Shown here piece by piece: positions 56,893 through 64,000 of a stretch of 64,000 bases of DNA. Both the position numbers and the translations under genes were made by a program. The notes below the pieces were generated by a model. The model saw only the letters and a list, made by a program, of their open reading frames with translations, was not told the origin of the DNA and ran no database searches. How positions within the stretch are numbered: the stretch's first letter is position 1; every line of letters begins with the position of its first letter. Source of the stretch: Histomonas meleagridis 2922-C6/04-290x (taxonomy: Eukaryota > Protista > Parabasalia); assembly GCA_020184695.1 (NCBI GenBank), contig JAANOX010000126.1:620001-684000 (forward strand), written 5' to 3'.

Positions 56893-58689
56893 ATGGATTT
56901 AGTTCTGCCTATTTGGGGTGCCTCGTTGCCAATAATGTCTTTTCGCTCTTTTCCTTCAGAAGTTGCAACACTCCTTGAAAATAAGCGGTACGCCGATGCA
57001 ATTTCGATCTGCAAAGACAAGTGTATCAGTTATACAATGATTCAAGAAATGGTTCATAATCAAGTTCAAATGGCAATTTCAGCTTTCGAAAATAGTGACC
57101 CTCAATTATCTATTGATATCTTTATTACTACAATAGGAGTTGTTGAACCATCAATTGTTCTTTCTCGTTTCTTTGCACCCCATCTTACTCGATATTTAAC
57201 ACAATATTTAGTTGAACTTCATAAAAGAGGATATGCAAATGAACAGCATACAAAACTTTTATTCAATATGTTTTATCATGATGAAGGACGAGAAACTCTT
57301 CGTGAATTTATTGATTATCTTAAAAAAGCTAAAAAAGCAGAAGAAACCCGAAACGACTCAAAGATACGAAACTTCTTAAAGAGCAAGGAAAAGAAAGAAA
57401 AGCAAGAACAATATACCAGATTTTTCAAAAACTTTAATGTTGATGCAGCTGTTGATACACTTATTAACAATGATATGGAAGAATACGCATTTGAGATATC
57501 CAACATCATGGAAGTATCAAAATATATAATTTCATTATTAATTAATTCTCAAAAAGATTACTTCCAAGCTGCTGCAATCATCTACGAGAAGGCAACACAA
57601 GCCAGTGGTAAATCTCTTCTCATAGATTTTGGTCCCACGCTTCTTAGTCAAGGTGGAGAGATCTCTGCTATGATATCCAAAGCTGCCCATGCACTTTGGA
57701 TACAAGAGAATGAGCGAGATGACTCAGGTTTCATTAAGATCTTTTGGGGATTTCCTGAAAGTCTCAAAGAATTCATTAAACGGGCGATAGCCGACAAACC
57801 GACGCCACTTTTTGTTTACACGTACTTTGATCTTCTTATTCCTAAGAAGAATAACACCCCTACGATGGGTGGTTATCCCACATCTAACCCTCAACATGTT
57901 ATAGAATGTATTGAAGATTCATCTTTTCCAATATATGATGTAAATATAGATCCATTACTGTTTCTCTTTAGAGAAAATGACTTTAACCCGGGAACGATTT
58001 CATTACTTCGCCGATCTAAGCGTTATAGTGACATAGCACAGCTCTACATGTCACGAAACATGACGCAAGAACTTGTTTCATTCATCAGCCGCAGCGATGT
58101 CACTTTTGACGATGAGACTCAATTTTCTATTTTCCGCTATTTTGCCAATTCTGATGACAATGTATATACCAAAGATGTAGATTTCATGAAGAATTTACTT
58201 GACACAGCCCTTAAAACTCGACCATTGTATTCATTGATTGAAGAATTATGTCGAAATAGTAACACGACATTTGATGTCATTAAAGGACATTTGAACACTG
58301 AACTTCATGACATAACACAACAATATTCATCTGAAGAAGAAGAACATAAAACACTTTTAGCTGAGCTGAACGATTTGGAAGAAGAAATTACGCGTCTCGA
58401 AGAGGCGGACATCCAAATTCGTCCTGTTTATTGTGACCAATGCGGCAAATCACTTTCGCCACCGTACATAGGGTTCTTTTGCGGTCATAGTTTTCACCCT
58501 GACTGCTGCTGGGAGAACCACAGAGGCGAAAAGATGTGTCCGATATGTGCTGGTGATGAGAATGAGAATGAGCAAAATGAGAGTAATAATAATATAAATG
58601 ATAATAATGTGAATATTGCAGTGGAAAATTGTAATGAAATACTAGAATCAACTGTGGAACTAATTAACGCTGGTTATTTCTCTAAATAA
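56893..58689 (+). CDS. VPS11: Vps11-like protein (alpha-solenoid + C-terminal RING-H2), N-terminally short
   Basis: IGVVEPSIVLSRF, LTQYLVELHKRGYANEQHTKLLFNMF, and RING CDQCGKSLSPPYIGFFCGHSFHPDC...CPIC. Confidence 0.75.
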   Translation: MDLVLPIWGASLPIMSFRSFPSEVATLLENKRYADAISICKDKCISYTMIQEMVHNQVQMAISAFENSDPQLSIDIFITTIGVVEPSIVLSRFFAPHLTRYLTQYLVELHKRGYANEQHTKLLFNMFYHDEGRETLREFIDYLKKAKKAEETRNDSKIRNFLKSKEKKEKQEQYTRFFKNFNVDAAVDTLINNDMEEYAFEISNIMEVSKYIISLLINSQKDYFQAAAIIYEKATQASGKSLLIDFGPTLLSQGGEISAMISKAAHALWIQENERDDSGFIKIFWGFPESLKEFIKRAIADKPTPLFVYTYFDLLIPKKNNTPTMGGYPTSNPQHVIECIEDSSFPIYDVNIDPLLFLFRENDFNPGTISLLRRSKRYSDIAQLYMSRNMTQELVSFISRSDVTFDDETQFSIFRYFANSDDNVYTKDVDFMKNLLDTALKTRPLYSLIEELCRNSNTTFDVIKGHLNTELHDITQQYSSEEEEHKTLLAELNDLEEEITRLEEADIQIRPVYCDQCGKSLSPPYIGFFCGHSFHPDCCWENHRGEKMCPICAGDENENEQNESNNNINDNNVNIAVENCNEILESTVELINAGYFSK

Positions 58690-59292
58690 AAAATAATTAG
58701 TAAAAATATATGAAAATTTATTTGATTTTTATGATCATGATCAAAAGTAAAATTTCCAATTATTGTTTCATTTGTATTTTCAAAACAACGCTTTGAACTT
58801 TTTGGAGATATTGGATATTTTTAGTTTTTATATTCTACTTCAATATAAAAGGAGGCAGACAGAAAACGCCCAAATAATGTGAATCTATATCTTGATAATT
58901 TATGGATTTATTTTAAAGAGAAAAATTGGATTTTAATTTCTGCTACATATTAATTTAAATAAAATAATTTAATTTATTTAATTTTCTGATTGATAAATTT
59001 TATTGTGATTATGTTTAGCAGTTGAACTCATTTTATGCTGCAGCTGCGGATATAAGCAAAACTTTTCACATTAATTATTTTTAAAATTTAAATAAATTTC
59101 CAATCACTTAAAACTCATACAAAAAGAAATCATTATAAATCTAGAAAGCGCTAACGAAATAAGCTTAAAAAAGAATGTAACCCCCAAAACTTAATGGTGG
59201 GCTTTTTAGAACCAAACTTTTGTTTGATATTGTGCGACAGAATAAATTGAAAGGGAAAAAACGACATATTTATTTTCTTTGAAATACAACAA

Positions 59293-60804
59293 ATGAAGAT
59301 CAACAGCCCCAACCTAAAAATTTTTATTATAGCTTCAACAATATTGGGAGTTCTCCTTTGTTACATTGGGTTGTATATGATTTTTGTTCCCTTTGTTGTA
59401 CTTGCTATTTTACTTGGTTATCGTATTTCAAAGAATCAAAAAAAGGAATTTCATGAAAATGCAACTCATGCAGAGCAAACACAAAACATCCAAACTGATG
59501 ATACCATTGAAACAATATTTTCAGATGAATTTGATAACCTTAGTTTTGCAGATTTAATCCAAGAATCTCATAATATTGAAAACGTCAATGAGTTTATCAA
59601 TCACGTTAAAGCATTCTTTCCTGAACATAATCTCATTTGGGATTTTATCAATATAATTTTAAATCATGAAGATGAGATAACACTCATTGGATTCATTCAA
59701 TCCCGATGCCAATCTGATTTCAGACATTATTTTTCTGATTCACTTACAGTTTATGATTCCATTAAATCATGTATCAAAGAATATCAAACTAAGCCAAATT
59801 TATTTGCAGATTCACCAGATGAAATCATATTTTGGCTTCTTGTTTTTCTTGATATCCATTTTTCCAATGTAAAGATTGACTTTTTATCAACGATTTCCAA
59901 ATTATTCAACAACAACGTTGAACCTTTTTTCTTCATCAAATTAATTTCCTTGATCAACGACACCATTAAATCCGAATGCACTAAAATGTTACCGATTTCT
60001 AAGTCATTACTTAAATTTGAGTTATCTATTGGTATGGAAACTGAGTCATATTATTTGATTTCATTAATTGATGAACTTGACATCAATGAAAACTTACATG
60101 ACAACCCAACAATTCTTGAAGAAAGTCATGTTACGAAGTACAAAACCGAAATTATTCAATCGAAATTCAACAACGCATTCATGAACATTGATTACTATGG
60201 ATTTCTTCACGAAAAAGACAAACACGACTTTATAAATTATTTGAACATTTCCGAAGCCGAATATCATTTTTATACAGCGTCACATAGTTATCCTAATTCA
60301 TTAAGTGATTTATATGATGGAATTTCATCATTACTTTCATGTGAAGAAGGAAAACAACGAATAAAAGAAATATTTTCTAATTTGTATATTATTTGGGATT
60401 CGAATTTCCGTAAAATATCAAAAATGCCAATCGAAGAATTGATAATATTGGCGGACATGTTTTATGATGGAGAAGACTTTGAGAATGCGCATGATCAAGT
60501 GAATAAGTTCAATAAGAACATCGATTATGCTTGCGCTATCTATAAGATGCTTTTCGATGATGAAGAATTAATAGACGACGAAAATAACAAAAGGAAAATT
60601 CGACTGTTAAACTATTTGGAAAATAATAGAAACGAATTAAAATATGAAATTGCAAACGCAGGTTTTAAGACTTTGGCAGAATGGAATAATAATACAAACT
60701 CTAATAATGAACAAAGCTTATTGTTAAACGCTGACTTGGTTCGTTATGGTGAAACAACTTCAGAACAAACATTGTCAGCTTTAAGAAAGTTATTATTTAA
60801 TTAA
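59293..60804 (+). CDS. Hypothetical protein with an N-terminal membrane anchor (503 aa)
   Basis: Long ORF with a hydrophobic N-terminal segment (IFIIASTILGVLLCYIGLYMIFVPFVVLAILLG). Confidence 0.7.
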   Translation: MKINSPNLKIFIIASTILGVLLCYIGLYMIFVPFVVLAILLGYRISKNQKKEFHENATHAEQTQNIQTDDTIETIFSDEFDNLSFADLIQESHNIENVNEFINHVKAFFPEHNLIWDFINIILNHEDEITLIGFIQSRCQSDFRHYFSDSLTVYDSIKSCIKEYQTKPNLFADSPDEIIFWLLVFLDIHFSNVKIDFLSTISKLFNNNVEPFFFIKLISLINDTIKSECTKMLPISKSLLKFELSIGMETESYYLISLIDELDINENLHDNPTILEESHVTKYKTEIIQSKFNNAFMNIDYYGFLHEKDKHDFINYLNISEAEYHFYTASHSYPNSLSDLYDGISSLLSCEEGKQRIKEIFSNLYIIWDSNFRKISKMPIEELIILADMFYDGEDFENAHDQVNKFNKNIDYACAIYKMLFDDEELIDDENNKRKIRLLNYLENNRNELKYEIANAGFKTLAEWNNNTNSNNEQSLLLNADLVRYGETTSEQTLSALRKLLFN

Positions 60805-60876
60805 ATAAATAAAAATATTATTTCAAAGAGAATTTTTGGCAACGATTAAAATTATCTGAAAAAGTCGAGTCGGAGT

Positions 60877-60906
60877 AACCGTCGACTTGCGGTTTGGTCG
60901 GCCTTT
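60877..60906 (+). promoter_or_regulatory. Trichomonad M3 + M5 core promoter of RPL8
   Basis: TGCGGTTT (60888-60895) fits M3 DRCSGYTD, and there is a second M3-like copy on the minus strand (60877-60884). CCTTT (60902-60906, M5) lies 5 nt before the ATG. M3/M5 pairs are established for T. vaginalis ribosomal-protein promoters. Confidence 0.7.
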
Positions 60907-60911
60907 CGGAA

Positions 60912-61670
60912 ATGGGACACATTATTCGTGCTCAGCGTAAAGGTAATGGTAATGTTTTCCGTGCTCATACACACCACAGGAAAGGCGCCGCTAAGTTCAT
61001 GCCACTTACAGCCGCTCAAAGATCTGCTCAAATTGTTGGCGTTGTCAAAGACATCATTCATGATCCAGGAAGAGGTGCACCACTTGCCCAACTTGTTTTC
61101 CAAAAAGCTGGCAAAGCAGGTCTTGAAAGACACCTTGTCATTGCCCCAGAAGGTATTCATACAGGTCAATTAATCCAAGTTGGTTCAACAGCTTCCCTCC
61201 ACGTTGGTAACATCCTCCCACTCGGTCAAATCCCAGAAGGTGCTGAAGTTTGCAACGTTGAACATCATCCAGGAGATGGCGGTCGCTATGGCCGTTGCTC
61301 AGGCGACTCATGCCGTGTCATCACACACAACGATGATGGCTACACACGTGTTCAACTTCCATCCGGCCGTAAGGTCGTTGTTTCCAGCAACTGCCGCGCA
61401 TGCCTTGGCGTTGTATCTGGTGGCGGTCGTCTCGAAAAGCCACTCCTTAAGGCTGGTACAGTTGCACACAAATACGCTGCTAAGAGGAAGGCATGGCCAG
61501 TTGTCCGTGGTACAGCTATGAACCCAGTCGATCACCCATATGGTGGTGGTTCACATCAACACATCGGTAAGCCATCAACAGTCTCTCGTAACGCTCGTCC
61601 AGGTCAAAAGGTTGGTCTCGTTGCAGCTCGTCGTACTGGTCGCAGGAGGGGTACAATCTCAGTTGTCTAA
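60912..61670 (+). CDS. RPL8: 60S ribosomal protein L8 (uL2)
   Basis: [61 protein letters not shown]. Confidence 0.98.
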   Translation: MGHIIRAQRKGNGNVFRAHTHHRKGAAKFMPLTAAQRSAQIVGVVKDIIHDPGRGAPLAQLVFQKAGKAGLERHLVIAPEGIHTGQLIQVGSTASLHVGNILPLGQIPEGAEVCNVEHHPGDGGRYGRCSGDSCRVITHNDDGYTRVQLPSGRKVVVSSNCRACLGVVSGGGRLEKPLLKAGTVAHKYAAKRKAWPVVRGTAMNPVDHPYGGGSHQHIGKPSTVSRNARPGQKVGLVAARRTGRRRGTISVV

Positions 61671-61846
61671 ACAACGAAATCATTTCATTTTTTTTTATTA
61701 TTGAACCAAATCTTTTGTTTCAATTTCGCTCAAGATGACTGCCATTTATAATATTATGTCAAAGGATGAATTCCATTTTTTTTAATAACGATAGATATTT
61801 TCAGAGAAAAACGATGCTATTCTTGTGAAAAGGTTCAAACAAAATT

Positions 61847-63553
61847 TTGCTAAAAAATATAAATACAAATTGTTATATTAAAATATTAAAAAATCTTAAT
61901 CAAATTATCTTTCGATTAAATGAAAGAAATGTCGAGCAAACTGTTCAACAAACAATTGATTTTTTTGATTCAGTTTACCCATATTCATTTAATTTAATTA
62001 TTTGCAAATTAATTTATTTAGGATTTTATTGTCAAAGAGAAATAGATGTAAATATATATTTAAGATATATACAATTATTGCAAGTCAAAGAAGAAGAAAT
62101 AATCAAGGAAAATATTAAAATTATTGATATTTTTACCCAACATATACTTAAAATCAAGTCACAAGAATCATATTATATTATTGAGAAGATGATCAATTTG
62201 AATTTATGCAATAAAAGTATTACAAAAAATATTTCATCCAAATATTTTGCACATTACAAAACAGAAAGAGAAAGCCGAAATGTAGTAATTTTTCAAGATC
62301 CATTCGAGCAAAATTTTATAAGGCATTATGAAGAGCTTTCAAAGAATGATTGGGAACTTCATAAGAAATATATTGAAGAAGGAATTAATCCAAATGAAAT
62401 TGCAAAAATCATTCGAAATGATGAAATAGAAAAACTTCAAGAAATATCATCACAAGAAAAGTTTGATTTTAATCAAAAAATCAGGCCATCACTTTATGAA
62501 AGGTGTTCATTTATTAACAATTGGGATGTTACATTAATTGATTATGCAGCATTTTTTGGATCAATTAAATGTTTTAAATACCTATTATTAAATGGTTCTA
62601 ATATTGATACAAGTAAGTATGCAATTGCAGGCGGAAATCTTGAAATAATTCATTTATGTGCACAAAATCATTCATCATTTGAAGATGCATATGAAACAGC
62701 AATTAGATTCCATAAGAATGATATCTTTATATATGTATATGAAAATAATCTTGTGAAATTGCAAAGTGATTTCTTTAATAAAATTGCTATTTTTTGTATA
62801 AGAAATGAGAATTATGAAATACTTTCATTTTTGGAAGAAAAAGGAATTATAGAAATTGAAAACGATATTATCAATGAATCTGCATTATTTGGTAATATTT
62901 ATCTTCTGAAACATTTTCTTCAAAGATATCAAATTCCTAAAAATATTTTGTGTTTTTCTGTGAATTCAGAAAACTTGGAACTTATTCATTATGTTCTTGA
63001 ACAAAAAGGAATTAATATTAATGCTAAAACTATTTGTTTGTATTATTTAAAATATGTTTTAATAATTTAATAATTAAAAATATTATTTGGAAATTGTTTA
63101 AATTATTTGAAACACCACTTATGATAGCATGTGATAAAGGGTATGAAGAAATTGTAAAAATTCTTCTCCATAAAGAAGGAATTAATGTCAATGCTAAAGA
63201 CATTCAATTGTTTTATTTAAATTTTATCTTTATTATATACTGTTTTAACATAATATTTGGAAATTGTTTAAGTTATTTAAAACAGCTCTTATGAGTGCAT
63301 CAATACATGGCAACATTGATATAGTTAAAATACTTCTGGATCTAAAAGAAATTAATGTTAATGTTGAAGATGTTTATTTGTTTTATATGATGCTTATTGT
63401 TGGAATTGAATATTTTATATCAATAATCAAAAATTATTCAAATAATTTTGGACAGCATTGATGTATGCATCCTTGGGTGGAAATGAAGAAATTGCTAAAT
63501 TGCTTCTTAATCATGAAGGAGTTACATTTAAATTTAATAATGATTGGAGCTAA
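61847..63553 (+). CDS. DUF3447 + ankyrin-repeat gene C, with 3 ankyrin blocks each preceded by an 80-nt spacer
   Basis: DUF3447 motifs (INPNEIAKIIRNDEIEKLQ, LIDYAAFFGSIKCFKYLL). Blocks at 63112 (TPLMIACDKG), 63282 (TALMSASIHG) and 63452 (TALMYASLGG); stop at 63553. Start codon unclear. Confidence 0.8.
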
Positions 63554-64000
63554 GTTTAAAATGAAATATGTTCATGTAAATACATGTGTAGAAAAAGTAC
63601 TTTTAATAAAAATAAATAATCTTGCTTTAACTCAATAATGAGCATGAGACTTAGTTGTTTATTTATATTATCGTACAGAATAAATCTACAATAAACATTG
63701 TGTTTCAAATTGTACAGAATGTTGTTGTAATAGTTGCAGCATGCATTTTATCATGTTGTGTCGTTAAATATGCTTTAGATGCAGCTAAAGCTGATTCATC
63801 ATAAAATACTTTATGTTTTATGTTTTTAAATTAATAATTTTTTTGTTATCAGTAATATATTAGAGAAATATTATTATACAATAAAGCAGAAAATTGCATA
63901 GATGAACTAAGAAGAATAATTATTATCCCCAGTAAAAAAACTCTGTTTTTGGTTTTAACAAAAAATTCTTTGCCAATCTTATGGAAGTATATGCATAGTT

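Noticed and set aside
63700-64000. Possible coding fragment on the minus strand (KVFYDESALAASKAYLTTQHDK)
   Set aside because: It is short, interrupted by stops and sits at the window edge, so it cannot be assigned.
1-64000. rRNA, tRNA, intact transposase, Maverick/Polinton or viral genes, canonical spliceosomal introns
   Set aside because: I recognised none by eye. A tRNAscan/Infernal/RepeatMasker run would be needed to exclude them formally.

Overview
AT-rich, gene-dense eukaryotic DNA, most likely from a parabasalid (trichomonad/Tritrichomonas/Histomonas-like). This is an inference from the many BspA-like LRR surface proteins, DUF3447+ankyrin genes, Inr and M3/M5-type core promoter motifs, and the absence of evident canonical introns. 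Housekeeping genes include a Sec7-type ARF-GEF (partial), a formin, an Atg1/ULK kinase, Rpn3, cytosolic Hsp70, TKL and CAMK kinases, an RCC1 protein, a GBP-like GTPase, ARL16, a TBC Rab-GAP, a Tom40-like porin, a nucleoside phosphorylase, Vps11 and RPL8. Accessory content includes five BspA genes or fragments, a Bacteroidetes-fimbrillin-like surface protein plus a pseudogene copy, and two tandem type-I membrane proteins. The standout signal is in three divergent DUF3447-ankyrin genes. Every ankyrin repeat is encoded as an intact block of about 90 nt, and consecutive blocks are separated by a U-rich, frame-breaking spacer that usually contains stops (26 spacers, 17 of them exactly 80 nt). The spacers have no usable GT-AG boundaries and no ACTAAC branch site. 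This suggests an undescribed way of removing or skipping intervening sequence (non-canonical splicing, ribosomal bypassing or DNA excision); the mechanism cannot be determined from sequence alone. Isolated single-base frameshifts in homopolymers are probably sequencing-consensus errors. Many starts in the supplied ORF track are bacterial-style alternative starts, so I moved them to the first plausible ATG.
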